DNA of 64,000 bases. Origin: Promethearchaeota archaeon (GTDB lineage: Archaea; Asgardarchaeota; Lokiarchaeia; Sigyniarchaeales; SOKP01). Position 1 is the stretch's first letter. Every line of letters begins with the position of its first letter. Shown here in pieces: positions 49,340 to 60,200 of this stretch. The position numbers and the translations under genes are program-made. The stretch lies in NCBI GenBank assembly GCA_029838195.1, contig JALGVJ010000001.1, forward strand, positions 1 through 64,000, written 5' to 3'. Below the pieces are notes generated by a model. It was not told the DNA's origin and made no database searches. It saw only the letters and a program-made list of their open reading frames with translations.

Positions 49340-49793
49340 GATCAAAAATTTAAAGGAAAGAGGAATTAGGATCTTAGACGTTACTAATAGAGATGGACTC
49401 CAAACGTCTCGTTTGGGAATGGCCAAAATCGAAAAGACTTTTTTAAACATTTTATTGAATCAAATGGGCGTGTATCAATCCGAAATGGGCTTTCTTACGA
49501 CAATTCACGAGATAAATTACATCAATGCAAATCTTAAATTAGTATGTATATGCGTCATAAAACCCATGAAACTTAGTGGTTGGATTCGGGCTATAGCTTC
49601 AGATGTTGAAAAAGCAGTTGAGCTAACACGTATTCGGCATCTTGATTTATCCATTTCTACTTCCAAGCTACTGATAGAAGGTAAATTTCAAGGAAAAAAT
49701 CATGAAGATGACATTCTCAATATGATGGTGGAAGCCGTAAAATTAGCCAGGGATTATGGAATTAAGACCATTGGAGTCAATGATCATATTTAA
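49340..49793 (+). pseudogene. truncated homocitrate synthase-like DRE-TIM enzyme
   Basis: IRILDVTNRDGLQTSRLG...QSEMGF...GWIRA; ends abruptly after IGVN, about 150 aa in total. Confidence 0.7.
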
Positions 49794-49832
49794 AATGCGT
49801 ACGTTTGAAAAAATAAAAAAAAAAAATTTAAA

Positions 49833-49916
49833 TTGGAAGGTTTTAAGGATAAAAGGGCAAGAGATTTCCTAAAAACTGCAATGGAATCTGAAGATAAGGT
49901 GATTACTTTTTTCGGC
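49833..49916 (+). repeat. 84-bp diverged copy of acdA internal segment 45437-45520
   Basis: TTGGAAGGTTTTAA.GATAAAAGGGCAAGAGATTTCCTAAAA...TTTTTTCGGC is present at both sites. Confidence 0.9.
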
Positions 49917-49918
49917 TG

Positions 49919-50178
49919 AAATACAATTAATTTTAAAATAGTTTTTAAAAATACCTTCATTAGTTTAAACACATGTACTTAAATTAATAATACGAATGAA
50001 TAAAATAACAAATAATGAATAAAATATGAATTTCGCCCACTTAAATGAATACATGTATAATTTCATTGAGGAAGTTTGTAATGAGATTGGTCCAAGAGAA
50101 TCAGGCTCTGAGTCAGAGAAGCTGACTGGAGATAAAATAGAATCTGAATTAAAAAATTATTGTGATGAAACTTGGCAA
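49919..50178 (+). repeat. ~260-bp direct repeat, copy 2
   Basis: Near-identical to 46340-46598. Confidence 0.93.
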
Positions 50179-51279
50179 GAAAAATATATCGCCCATCCAA
50201 CAGCATTTCTTGGAGGAGTGCGGTATGGAACTGTGCTCGTTTTTGTATCTATCATAATGTATTGGGTATCCTTATTGACTGATCTTAATATGATACAACT
50301 CGAAATTAGTTGGAGCTATATCTTTATGATTATTGGAATAATAATATTATTTTTAGCAGATTCTTATTTTGTTTTGGAAGTAATGCGGTATCATGAAGTT
50401 TTTGATTTTTTGTTTCCGAAAAAAGATTCCAATAATATAGTAGGTGTCATTTACCCCACCAAGGAGGTAAAGCAATCAGTTATTTTTTCAGCCCATCATG
50501 ATTCTGCTTATGAATTCAATCTATTCTACTATTTTAAACGTTTTGGACAGAAAACAATAAATTTTGCTTATATAGGAATTGTATTTATCTTAATTGTTTT
50601 AATCGCGAAATTTATATTAAACATTTTTAACGTTCGGGCTAACATGATCTTTTTAATATTAGGAATTGCTTTTCTATTTTTTTTACCCATATTTATACCT
50701 TATTTATTTTTTCATTCATATAAAAGCGTTCTGGGAGCATGTGATAATTTATCTGGGGTTGCTATTATTCTTGGAATAGCAAGATATCTTTCAGAAAATA
50801 AAAAAGATTTTGTGCCTCAAAATACAAAAGTTTATTTTGTTTCTTTTGCTGGAGAGGAGGCTGGCATAAGGGGTGCTAAAAGATATGTAGACATGCATTA
50901 TCAACAGCTTAAAAATGAAAATACGAAAGTTGTAAATATAGATTCTATTGCAACCCCTGAAACTATTTTAATTGCAACTAAGGAAATTATCATTGGTGTT
51001 AAACATGAAAAAGAGATATATGAAAAACTCTATGAAATAGCAAAAGAAAACGGAATTAATGGAAAGATGGTCCCTATCACCTTCGGAGCCACGGATGGCG
51101 CTGCCTTTAGTAAGAAAAAGATTGCTGCCACTTCGATATCTGGATTAGATTTAGAAAATGAATTAGTTCCGTTTTATCATACTCGTTTAGACACTCCAGA
51201 AGTAGTCGATCCTAAAGCCCTTGGATTAATAGTGAAAATGTGCGTAAATTATTTAAAGAGAATTGATATGGAATCATGA
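50026..51279 (+). CDS. membrane-embedded M28 metallopeptidase
   Basis: SAHHDS, GACDNLSG, GEEAG, NIDS, TDG and YHT; internal TMs. Confidence 0.88.
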   Translation: MNFAHLNEYMYNFIEEVCNEIGPRESGSESEKLTGDKIESELKNYCDETWQEKYIAHPTAFLGGVRYGTVLVFVSIIMYWVSLLTDLNMIQLEISWSYIFMIIGIIILFLADSYFVLEVMRYHEVFDFLFPKKDSNNIVGVIYPTKEVKQSVIFSAHHDSAYEFNLFYYFKRFGQKTINFAYIGIVFILIVLIAKFILNIFNVRANMIFLILGIAFLFFLPIFIPYLFFHSYKSVLGACDNLSGVAIILGIARYLSENKKDFVPQNTKVYFVSFAGEEAGIRGAKRYVDMHYQQLKNENTKVVNIDSIATPETILIATKEIIIGVKHEKEIYEKLYEIAKENGINGKMVPITFGATDGAAFSKKKIAATSISGLDLENELVPFYHTRLDTPEVVDPKALGLIVKMCVNYLKRIDMES

Positions 51280-51528
51280 ATCATGTTTTTCTTTATATGA
51301 AACTATATAATCAAAACCATCTTAAAGACAATACTCTCATTTGTTCCATAAATTGGAAGAATATAAAGAAGCGGATCGAATTCTTTTATTAACCACGTGG
51401 AATGAGAAAATTTGTAATTCTTTATCCATTTAATTAACTGAAAAAATTAATATATAGAAATTTAAAAGATAAAAAGAATTTTTCCATATATTATTTAAAA
51501 TTATTCTCTCTTTTAATGGATTTATAGA

Positions 51529-52389
51529 TTATCCGAATATCTTTTTAAAGGTCGGTATAGATGCTCTAAACCCATCTTCAAAAGTTCCACCATCAGGAGC
51601 ATAAACGGATTCATATGAAATAACTCCATTATAATTATCTCTTTTTAATGCTTTTGCGATATTTTCAAGATAAAGACCGAGATGACCCTTGCCCAACTCT
51701 CTAAAATGGACTGTAGCTTTATTAGGATACACTTCTGCATCTTTTAAATGAATATGACTTATTACCGGCTGTATTTGCTCATATCCATCTGGATATGGTA
51801 TTTCACAGCAACTTAATGTATTAGAAATATCCCAAATAATCCCTAAGTGTTCACTTCCGACCTCATCAATTAATTTTCGTGCTAAATATGCAGAACATAT
51901 AACCGAATTATTTCCTGTTTCAATAGCAACAATAATATCTTCATCTTCAGCTAATTTTGCGATAGATTTCATTAAATTTAGTAATTTAGGCCAAGCAGTA
52001 TTGTTTGATACCCATTTTTCTGCACCATTTGTTCCAAACATGATAACTTCACGATTTCCACTAAAGGTGCGCACAAGAGGACAATCTAATTCTTTAGCAA
52101 TTTCTATATTGCATTTTAATGCATTAAAATGTTTCTTATAAGTAGGATCCCTGATCTCTAACTTGCTAATATTAATTCCATTAAAGATATGGCGCGATAA
52201 GCAGCTAACTTTCAAATTATAGGAATGAATCAATTCTTTAATTTTTTGAACCTCTTCATCGGTTTGTTCACCAATTTCTTTATCCCAGAGAAATTGAAGC
52301 TCTATATACTCTAATCCTGCCTCTTCAATTACCCCTAGAGCATATTCAAAATCTCTTGAAATCCCATCAGTAATAACACCTAACTTCAT
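51529..52389 (-). CDS. sugar phosphate isomerase/epimerase (AP endonuclease 2 TIM barrel)
   Basis: Start reassigned to ATG 52389 (MKLGVITD), next to the upstream stop; IET, WDISN, HIHLKD and SYE motifs. Confidence 0.85.
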   Translation of the reverse strand: MKLGVITDGISRDFEYALGVIEEAGLEYIELQFLWDKEIGEQTDEEVQKIKELIHSYNLKVSCLSRHIFNGINISKLEIRDPTYKKHFNALKCNIEIAKELDCPLVRTFSGNREVIMFGTNGAEKWVSNNTAWPKLLNLMKSIAKLAEDEDIIVAIETGNNSVICSAYLARKLIDEVGSEHLGIIWDISNTLSCCEIPYPDGYEQIQPVISHIHLKDAEVYPNKATVHFRELGKGHLGLYLENIAKALKRDNYNGVISYESVYAPDGGTFEDGFRASIPTFKKIFG

Positions 52390-52390
52390 T

Positions 52391-53296
52391 TCAAACAATA
52401 CCCCGATGTCCTTTAATTTCGATATCGGCAATTTGTTCTAATAACTTTACTATTGACCAATTATCTCCCTCTGGAAAAAGAGACATCCCTGCTCTAAATA
52501 ATTCAAATGCTGCGGCTGTTGTAAACATTACTACGCCATTTTCTTTAGCCATATCCATTGAAATTCCAAGATCTTTATACATTGTCGAAATATGGCTCCC
52601 TGTATTCTCAAATTTACGGTCAAGAATAAATCTCGCACATTCTCTAAACAAATTACTTGATACTCCACTCGTACTAAATACTTCATATAATACTTCTGGA
52701 TCAACACCGGCTTTTGTCCCTAACACAAATGATTCAAATATTGCCGTAAAACTCGAACCAATTAAGGCTTGAAGTGCGGCTTTAGTTTTTTGTCCCAATC
52801 CAATTTTTTCTCCAACATGATGTATGTTTTTTCCCACAGCTTCAAGTATATTTTTACAATCTTCGAACATATCTTTTTTTGCGGCAACCATCATCGTAAG
52901 AGTTCCATTTTCTGCTCCAGATTTACCTCCGCTAACAGGACTATCAATTAAATTCATTCCGCACTCAATAATTGGTTGCTCAATCGCTTGAATTTCAGAA
53001 GGCTTAATTGTAGCTGTAATAATTATTGTAGATCCCTTTTTTAAACCTTTTAATAAACCATTCTGACCAAGGATTACATCTCTTACTTGTTGACCATTCA
53101 TGACCATTATAAATACCACATCGGCATTTTCTCCTACTTCTCTGCAATTCATAGCAGGTTTTCCGCCTAATTGGAATAGGAGTTTCATTCTTTCTTGTCT
53201 AAGGTCATATCCCATAGTTTCAAATCCCTTTTTAATAAGATTTTTAGCAATCCCTATCCCCATATTTCCCAGACCAATTACACCAACTTTTTTCAT
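52391..53296 (-). CDS. beta-hydroxyacid dehydrogenase (3-hydroxyisobutyrate/sugar-acid family)
   Basis: GVIGLGNMG, DSPVSGG, GTLTMM and KDL. Confidence 0.9.
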   Translation of the reverse strand: MKKVGVIGLGNMGIGIAKNLIKKGFETMGYDLRQERMKLLFQLGGKPAMNCREVGENADVVFIMVMNGQQVRDVILGQNGLLKGLKKGSTIIITATIKPSEIQAIEQPIIECGMNLIDSPVSGGKSGAENGTLTMMVAAKKDMFEDCKNILEAVGKNIHHVGEKIGLGQKTKAALQALIGSSFTAIFESFVLGTKAGVDPEVLYEVFSTSGVSSNLFRECARFILDRKFENTGSHISTMYKDLGISMDMAKENGVVMFTTAAAFELFRAGMSLFPEGDNWSIVKLLEQIADIEIKGHRGIV

Positions 53297-53782
53297 GTAA
53301 GTATCAAAATCATGGTTAATTAATTTTCTAATTCTTTCCTTAGATTTTAAAATCTTATTTATTTTATTAAATCTATTAATTTTTTTGTTAAACTCATAAA
53401 ATTACTGAAAAAATGAGTAAAAGATCAAGTTTTTTTGCTTTATTTAAAAAAATCAGAAAAACTTAATGGAAATTAAAATTATTTGAAATAGAAATTAATG
53501 CATTTCCAACTTTCATTTAAATTGATAGTTAAACATCATCTAAGAAACATTAACAACACGATGATATTAAAAAATAATGCCCAATCCGACAATTACAGAA
53601 AAAATTCTCAAATAAAAGAAGGTTTCATTTAAGGACATGTAATAATCACGGTTTTCTTATTCTTTATTACTCGTTTTCATAAATTTTAATTAAGATTAAA
53701 CATGAACATCTAATTAATTAAAAATTATTTATTTAAATTCTTACATCAAAATTTAATACTAATCAAAAAAATCGGAGTAAAC

Positions 53783-55132
53783 ATGTTGTCAGCAAACATG
53801 GAAAAATCATCCCCAAACATGTTTTTATATGCTCTCCCTAAAATAGCAACGTCGATGCTCATGGGATTTGCAGATTTCGCTCTCTTATTTTTGTATGGAG
53901 TAGTGTTTAGTCTTTCTGGAGTATATGTAGGGATCGCTTTATTTTTAGGTAAAATTTCAATTTCAATCTTGCAATTCGTCTTTGGATGGGTTTCAGATCA
54001 TTTCCCCTATTTGAATAAATTAGGTCGCCGAAAGCCTTTTCTAATTTTTTTCTCGCCGTTTTTAGCTCTATCTTTCTTATTTCTTGTCATGCCAGGCCCT
54101 TTCTTAGGATCCAATCCTTCCGAGATACATTTATTTCTCTGGTTCGCGATTTGGAACATATCTTTTCAGGGATTATATGGAATTCATAGTCCTTATCAAG
54201 CATGGTTAGCCGAATTATTTCATATAGAAGAGAGACCTAAGGTATCAGCAGTCCAAAATATTTTTATGATCATTGGAACAGCTATAATGTTAATCTTCTC
54301 CATGTTAGTTCTAACTGATGTCCAAGAAGAATTAAAGGAAAATGTTGCTGCTGTTCCTATTGAATTTTCATCTGCTGTTATTATTTTTAGTTTGATGGTT
54401 GTTGCATTTTTCTATATCTGTGCTTTTAAACTGCCGGTGGAAAAAAAACAGGAAATTAAAACGACTTTACTAAAAGATTTCAAGGCACTACTTCATGATC
54501 ACAATTTTCTTCATTTTAGCATTTTAGTAGGGCTTACAAGTTTAGCATGGATCATTGCAAATCAATATCTTTTACCTTTCGCAGAAGTAATCTTGGGGTT
54601 AGACTTCATTGGATATGCCCTTCTAGCAGTTATCATGGTTCTTGTTCTAATTGTGAGTATCATGGGCTGGAGAAAAAGTATTCATAAAAATGGAAAAGAT
54701 ACCACACTTCATTGGATCTATTTATTATCAATTATTGTTCTTCCTTTTTCTTTAGTTCCAATGCTTTCGCTTCCCAGCCCTTTCTTTTTTGGAGCCATTT
54801 ATATTCCATGTGTAGCAATAGGATTAGGTGGATGGACTTTTTTTCCTTATGTTATATATGCTGATTTGGCAGAACATGAAGCTAAGAAAGGAAAAAGTGC
54901 TCTAAAAGCTGGATTGTATGCTGGATTTCCATTCCTTCCTCTTAACGTTTTTCAAGCGATTGGACTATTTATAGCTGGAATCCTTTTAGAACTCCCAACT
55001 TATCCTTTTCAAACTGGTTTAAAGAGTTTGGGGTTTGTTGTTTGGGGACCCATTTGTTCGTTTTTCTTTATCATCACATATTTATATAAAAAGAAATTTG
55101 TTCGATTGGATCTAGAAAATGGAAATTCATGA
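53783..55132 (+). CDS. MFS glycoside-pentoside-hexuronide-type transporter
   Basis: GWVSD...LGRRKPF, PYQAWLAE and ER motifs; multi-TM. Confidence 0.85.
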   Translation: MLSANMEKSSPNMFLYALPKIATSMLMGFADFALLFLYGVVFSLSGVYVGIALFLGKISISILQFVFGWVSDHFPYLNKLGRRKPFLIFFSPFLALSFLFLVMPGPFLGSNPSEIHLFLWFAIWNISFQGLYGIHSPYQAWLAELFHIEERPKVSAVQNIFMIIGTAIMLIFSMLVLTDVQEELKENVAAVPIEFSSAVIIFSLMVVAFFYICAFKLPVEKKQEIKTTLLKDFKALLHDHNFLHFSILVGLTSLAWIIANQYLLPFAEVILGLDFIGYALLAVIMVLVLIVSIMGWRKSIHKNGKDTTLHWIYLLSIIVLPFSLVPMLSLPSPFFFGAIYIPCVAIGLGGWTFFPYVIYADLAEHEAKKGKSALKAGLYAGFPFLPLNVFQAIGLFIAGILLELPTYPFQTGLKSLGFVVWGPICSFFFIITYLYKKKFVRLDLENGNS

Positions 55133-55420
55133 ATTTCACGCCCGGAGAAATAAAAATGAGGAATAGAATAAATAAAAAGTAAATATCATTCAATATTTCA
55201 TTAATTTTATTTTAGTTTATTTTCTTTTTTTTGCTATGATCAACTGTCAAGTTTTTAGTAATATAGCCCAGGCAATGGTGTTATTATAAACGCTTATATT
55301 TCCTTCGATTAGGGGGGTACAAAATAATAAGAACACCTTCTATTACAAAAAATTTTCCAAATTTAAAGGTTTCAAGTTTCATTAATATTCAAGAAGAAGA
55401 ACATGGGTTAAAGGAGTTCA

Positions 55421-56248
55421 TTATTTTAAATTCACTAACTTTTCTAATTCATTAATTATCTCTTTAATCGAAAAATCATCAGAAATTTCCATTTTTATGG
55501 CTTTTTGAGCACAAACATCCATGCAGCGTCCACAACCCCGGCATTCGTCATCAATTTCTGCGATATTTCCTCTAATTTTTATAGCATCAACAAAACAGAT
55601 ACCATTCGTACATGTTCCGCATGCTACACAATTTTCATCCACATAAAAGCGAATTCCTGGCATTCTTTTTATTTTCTTGCCAATTTCGGGATGAAGAATC
55701 GGAGAAATTCTCCACAAGCAACAACAAGGACAACAATTGCATATGCTTAATAATTGGCATCCATCCCTCACGCCTAACCACTCCTTGTCTAATTTATTTC
55801 TACCAATCATGTGAACTAACCCTGCTTCCTTGCACTTTCGCAAGTGTTCCAGGGCCTCTTCCTTCGAAACTAATCGCCCCAAATTGGGATTAATTTCTAA
55901 TACAGCTCTTCCCAGGAATAAGCAACCTAAATTGATTGGATAATTCTTGCACTGCATGGATTCTCTACAGATGCAAAAATTCATGATCCAATGATAAGAA
56001 GCCTTATTAATAAAATATTCTAATATTTGGGAAGGTAATACTATTTCTTCTAAATCTTGAACTGACTGATTAACCTCGATTACGTTATCTAATGGGAGAT
56101 AGAAGATTTTATCTCCCGTGAATAATAACTTATCGATAATTTTTCTAAGAATGGGAAGGCGAGTAAGTTTGGCAATGAGTTTTACATTAGGAAATGTTTT
56201 TTTTAACAAATGAACGAACCATAGAGGACGCGTCATGAGAAGTTCCAA
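55421..56248 (-). CDS. 4Fe-4S dicluster protein
   Basis: CICR, ICNCCPCCC, CVACGTC and CRGCGRCMDVC. Confidence 0.88.
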   Translation of the reverse strand: MELLMTRPLWFVHLLKKTFPNVKLIAKLTRLPILRKIIDKLLFTGDKIFYLPLDNVIEVNQSVQDLEEIVLPSQILEYFINKASYHWIMNFCICRESMQCKNYPINLGCLFLGRAVLEINPNLGRLVSKEEALEHLRKCKEAGLVHMIGRNKLDKEWLGVRDGCQLLSICNCCPCCCLWRISPILHPEIGKKIKRMPGIRFYVDENCVACGTCTNGICFVDAIKIRGNIAEIDDECRGCGRCMDVCAQKAIKMEISDDFSIKEIINELEKLVNLK

Positions 56249-56439
56249 TAATTCTTCAATTATAATAATTTATTATTTTTTCCAGTATATATGAATGTTT
56301 CTTTACTATAAAATAAGAAAAATGGAAAAAAATAACAAAAATAATTTCTTTGATGGGTTTTTAAAGTCAATAATGGAGAAATTATTGAATATTATTAATA
56401 ATTAAAAATATCCGGAACTTTGCCGGAAAATCTATATAG

Positions 56440-58062
56440 ATGAGTAAAACCATGCTAAATGATGATATTTCAATTATTCCTCAACCAGTTAGATGCTTGA
56501 GGAAAAAAGGGGAGGTAATTTTAGATGAGGACTATATTATCACGGTGAATGAGAAGGCAAAGAGATGTGGAGAATATTTAGCAAGTTTATTAAGGCCTTC
56601 TCTTAAATTAAAAATCCAAGAAACCTCGCCCTCTAAAGCAGTTAATCAAGAAAAGAGCATTAATTTATTAATTAATGACCGGTATAATCATGTTGGAAGA
56701 GAAGGATACGTTTTAGATATATCAGATCCCTCGATTAATGTCGTAGCAAACGAAGAGGAGGGCTTATTTCATGGAATTCAAACCTTCCGCCAATTATTAC
56801 CCCTTGAAATTGAAACACGCAAGATTTTAGAAAATTTAAAAATCCACCTGCCCTGCCTTGAAATCGAAGATTATCCTCGATTTAAATGGCGGGGGTTCAT
56901 GTTAGATGAGGCACGCCATTTTCAAGGGAAAGAAATTGTAAAAAAATTATTAGACATAAAGGCTTTATTAAAACTCAATGTTTTCCACTGGCATCTCACG
57001 GATGATCAAGGGTGGCGTATTGAAATTAAACGGTATCCGGAGCTTACAAAAATAGGCTCTAAAAGAAAAGGAACGCAAGTTGGAGGATTTATTAGCAAAA
57101 AAAGAAAAAATGTTTCTCATGAAGGATTTTATACGCAAGAAGATATAAAAGAAATTATAGCTTACGCTCAAGAGCGTTTCATTAAAATAATACCCGAAAT
57201 AGACATGCCGGGGCATTGCATGGCTGCTTTAGCCACCTTTCCCGAATTGAGCTGTTCTGGAGGGCCTTTTGAAGTTCCGCAAACGTTCGGTATTAAAAAA
57301 GACGTTTTATGTATTGGAAAAGAAAAAGTTTTTCAATTTGTTCAAAATATATTAGAGGAAATAATCGAACTTTTTCCATCTAAGATTATTCACATTGGAG
57401 GAGATGAGGTGCCCACAAGTAGATGGAAAAACTGTCCTGATTGCCAGAAGCGAATGATAGAAAATAATTTAAAGAAAGAAAAACAACTTCAAACCTATTT
57501 CTCGAATAGAATCATGGATTTTCTTAATTCAAAAGGATGTAAAACCATGGGATGGAATCAAATTCTTAGTAAAGAATTAAAAAATAATGTCATCATTCAA
57601 TATTGGATGGGAAATAAAAAAACAATCTTGGAGAATTTAAGAAAAGGAAAAAAATTTGTCATGTCTAAATTTGGATCCGTTTATCTCGATTATAATTATA
57701 AATTTACTCCCTTGAGAAAAATATATAAATATGAACCCATTCCTAAAAAATTAGAGAAAAGCTATCATGAAAATGTATTGGGAATTGAAGCGCCCCTCTG
57801 GACGGAATGGATTTCTAATGAGAGGAGGTTATTTTGGCAAGCTTTTCCAAGATTAACTGCTGTGGCTGAAAATGCGTGGAGTTTAAAAAGGAATAAAAAT
57901 TTAGAATCTTTCAAGATGCGTTTAGAAAAATTTAATCAAAGACTAAGATTTTTGGGTGGTGGTCATGCTAGAATGCATGAGGTAGATCCTCCTTTCTTTA
58001 AAACCTTGTTTGGAATTTTTACAATTTTTAAAGAACCTAAAGGAGTTGCAGATTTATTCTAA
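56440..58062 (+). CDS. GH20 beta-N-acetylhexosaminidase
   Basis: RGFMLDEARH, HWHLTDDQGWR, PEIDMPGH, HIGGDE and WTE. Confidence 0.95.
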   Translation: MSKTMLNDDISIIPQPVRCLRKKGEVILDEDYIITVNEKAKRCGEYLASLLRPSLKLKIQETSPSKAVNQEKSINLLINDRYNHVGREGYVLDISDPSINVVANEEEGLFHGIQTFRQLLPLEIETRKILENLKIHLPCLEIEDYPRFKWRGFMLDEARHFQGKEIVKKLLDIKALLKLNVFHWHLTDDQGWRIEIKRYPELTKIGSKRKGTQVGGFISKKRKNVSHEGFYTQEDIKEIIAYAQERFIKIIPEIDMPGHCMAALATFPELSCSGGPFEVPQTFGIKKDVLCIGKEKVFQFVQNILEEIIELFPSKIIHIGGDEVPTSRWKNCPDCQKRMIENNLKKEKQLQTYFSNRIMDFLNSKGCKTMGWNQILSKELKNNVIIQYWMGNKKTILENLRKGKKFVMSKFGSVYLDYNYKFTPLRKIYKYEPIPKKLEKSYHENVLGIEAPLWTEWISNERRLFWQAFPRLTAVAENAWSLKRNKNLESFKMRLEKFNQRLRFLGGGHARMHEVDPPFFKTLFGIFTIFKEPKGVADLF

Positions 58063-58193
58063 TTAAGATTCTATTTTTTAATCTTTTACATGAACATATT
58101 AAAAACCAAAGGAAGAAATATTAATGAGTAATTTAAAAAACCAAATTAACGATCATTTTTTACACTCTTAGAAAAAAATAAAGAAAAATAATA

Positions 58194-59258
58194 ATGAGGG
58201 AAAGAAAAATTATGACTCTTGAACCATTAAGAGTAGCTACTTTTGGAGAAATCATGTTAAGACTTTCTCCTCCTGGATTCCAACGTTTTACTCAAGCAAG
58301 AACTTTTGAAGTAATTTATGGAGGAGGGGAAGCAAATGTTGCGGTATCCTTAGCAAATTTTGGTATTCCCGTTGATTATATTACATGCCTTCCATCTAAT
58401 GATATCGGAGAGGCTTGCATCCAATTTTTGCGTCAATTTGGAGTAAATACTAATAAAATTCTTAGAAGAGGAGAGCGATTAGGCATATATTTTCTCGAAA
58501 AAGGCTCCTCCGTGAGAGGAAGTAAGGTAATTTACGATAGAGCACATTCTGCTATAGCAACCGCAAAAGTAGGAATGTTTGACTGGAAAGAGCTGCTAAA
58601 AAACTGCTCGTGGTTCCATTTTACGGGGATCACACCTGCCATTTCTCAAAATTTGGCTGACATTTGTTTAGAAGCAGTAAAAGAGGCCCGAAAAATGAAT
58701 CTTACCATCTCATGTGATTTAAATTATAGAGCAAAATTGTGGAAGTATGGGAAAACTGCTGGTGAAATCATGAGCGAATTGGTTAAATATTGCGATATCG
58801 CTATTGGAAATGAAGAAGATGCGGATAAAGTCTTTTCCATCCGAGCCCCGGAAACCGATGTCATTAAGGGAAAAGTAGATCCCGAAAAATATCAATTTGT
58901 TTGCAAGGAATTAATGAAAAAATTCCCTAATTTAAAACACGTTGCCGTTACATTAAGAGGCTCTCTTTCCGCCAGTCATAACACGTGGTCAGCAGTACTA
59001 TATGATGGGAATACATTGCTCATGACTCGCACTTATGATATTGATTACATCGTCGATCGAGTGGGTGGTGGCGATTCTTTCTGTGCTGGATTGATTTATG
59101 GTTTTTTAACTTATAAAGATGACTCTCAAAAAATCTTAGATTTTGCCACCGCTGCCTCTTGCTTAAAGCATACAATAATCGGGGATTTTAATTTAATTTC
59201 CGTAGATGAGGTGCTAAAATTAATGGGAGGAGATGTTTCCGGAAGAGTATCTAGGTGA
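58194..59258 (+). CDS. kdgK: 2-keto-3-deoxygluconate kinase
   Basis: FGEIMLRLS, GGGEANVA, CDLNYRAKLW and DRVGGGDSF. Confidence 0.88.
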   Translation: MRERKIMTLEPLRVATFGEIMLRLSPPGFQRFTQARTFEVIYGGGEANVAVSLANFGIPVDYITCLPSNDIGEACIQFLRQFGVNTNKILRRGERLGIYFLEKGSSVRGSKVIYDRAHSAIATAKVGMFDWKELLKNCSWFHFTGITPAISQNLADICLEAVKEARKMNLTISCDLNYRAKLWKYGKTAGEIMSELVKYCDIAIGNEEDADKVFSIRAPETDVIKGKVDPEKYQFVCKELMKKFPNLKHVAVTLRGSLSASHNTWSAVLYDGNTLLMTRTYDIDYIVDRVGGGDSFCAGLIYGFLTYKDDSQKILDFATAASCLKHTIIGDFNLISVDEVLKLMGGDVSGRVSR

Positions 59259-59368
59259 GTAAAAAAATAACAATTGTAAATTCTAATATTAAAATGTTTT
59301 ATAAAATGTTTTAATGCACAAAAAATATTAAAAAAACAATCCAATGAAAGCTAAAGGTAAAAATATTT

Positions 59369-60166
59369 ATGAATGAGCAAGATAAAATGATCTTAACGAT
59401 AACCACGGCAAATTCGTGGATTTATCCGGAAGTTAAAAATTGGCCGCAAACCACGGATGAATTAATAGAAGAAGTGGTCCAATGTTATGAAGCGGGAGCC
59501 TCTATAGCTCACGTCCATTTGCCCAGAGGAAAAGAGGTGGAAGTTGTAGAAAATATTAGGGATCAATGTGATATTTTAGTACAAGCCGGCATGTCTAGCG
59601 AGTCCATTCCTCAGAGAAAGGGAGATTTCGAAGCGAGACCTGACATGTTATCCATCATCCTCAATCATCATGCAGAACATTTTACTAAAGTCATTGTAGA
59701 CGTTTTACATCCCCTAAAAGAATTAGAAGAATATTGCATGATGTGCAAGAAATTCAAAATTAAACCAGAATTTGAGGTGTGGCATTTAGGTTCTTATTGG
59801 AACTTGAATCATTTAATTCACAATAATTTATTAGCTCCTCCTTATATCTGCACGTTATTTTTCAATTGGCCGGGAGGGACGTGGAGTCCGGCAACTGCAG
59901 ATGAGTATTTTCACAGAATTAAATACATGCCAGAAAACTGCATTCATACAGTTAGCGTCATGGGAGAAGAACAAATAAAAATCGCAACTCTTGCGATTCT
60001 TCATGACGGAAACGTGCGCGTGGGCACTGAAGACTATCCCTTTCTAAAAAAAAATGTACCCGCCAAAAATAATGCAGAAATCGTAAAAAATATGGTGAAA
60101 TTAAGCAAAAACTTAGGACGAGATGTGGCGGATCCCACCGAAGCACGTAAAATATTAGGACTTTAA
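59369..60166 (+). CDS. beta-keto acid cleavage enzyme (Kce/DUF849 family)
   Basis: EAGASIAHVH, KPEFE and GNVRVGTED. Confidence 0.88.
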   Translation: MNEQDKMILTITTANSWIYPEVKNWPQTTDELIEEVVQCYEAGASIAHVHLPRGKEVEVVENIRDQCDILVQAGMSSESIPQRKGDFEARPDMLSIILNHHAEHFTKVIVDVLHPLKELEEYCMMCKKFKIKPEFEVWHLGSYWNLNHLIHNNLLAPPYICTLFFNWPGGTWSPATADEYFHRIKYMPENCIHTVSVMGEEQIKIATLAILHDGNVRVGTEDYPFLKKNVPAKNNAEIVKNMVKLSKNLGRDVADPTEARKILGL

Positions 60167-60200
60167 CCTGATTTTAAATATTGATAAAGGTGAACAAACA

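Noticed and set aside
52390-52431. track start of the epimerase at 52431
   Set aside because: Overlaps the upstream gene; ATG 52389 gives a family-typical N-terminus adjacent to the upstream stop.
53300-53780. ncRNA or repeat array in long AT-rich intergenic regions (also 3200-3620, 13470-13730)
   Set aside because: No convincing repeats or stable stems seen by eye; consistent with promoter regions.
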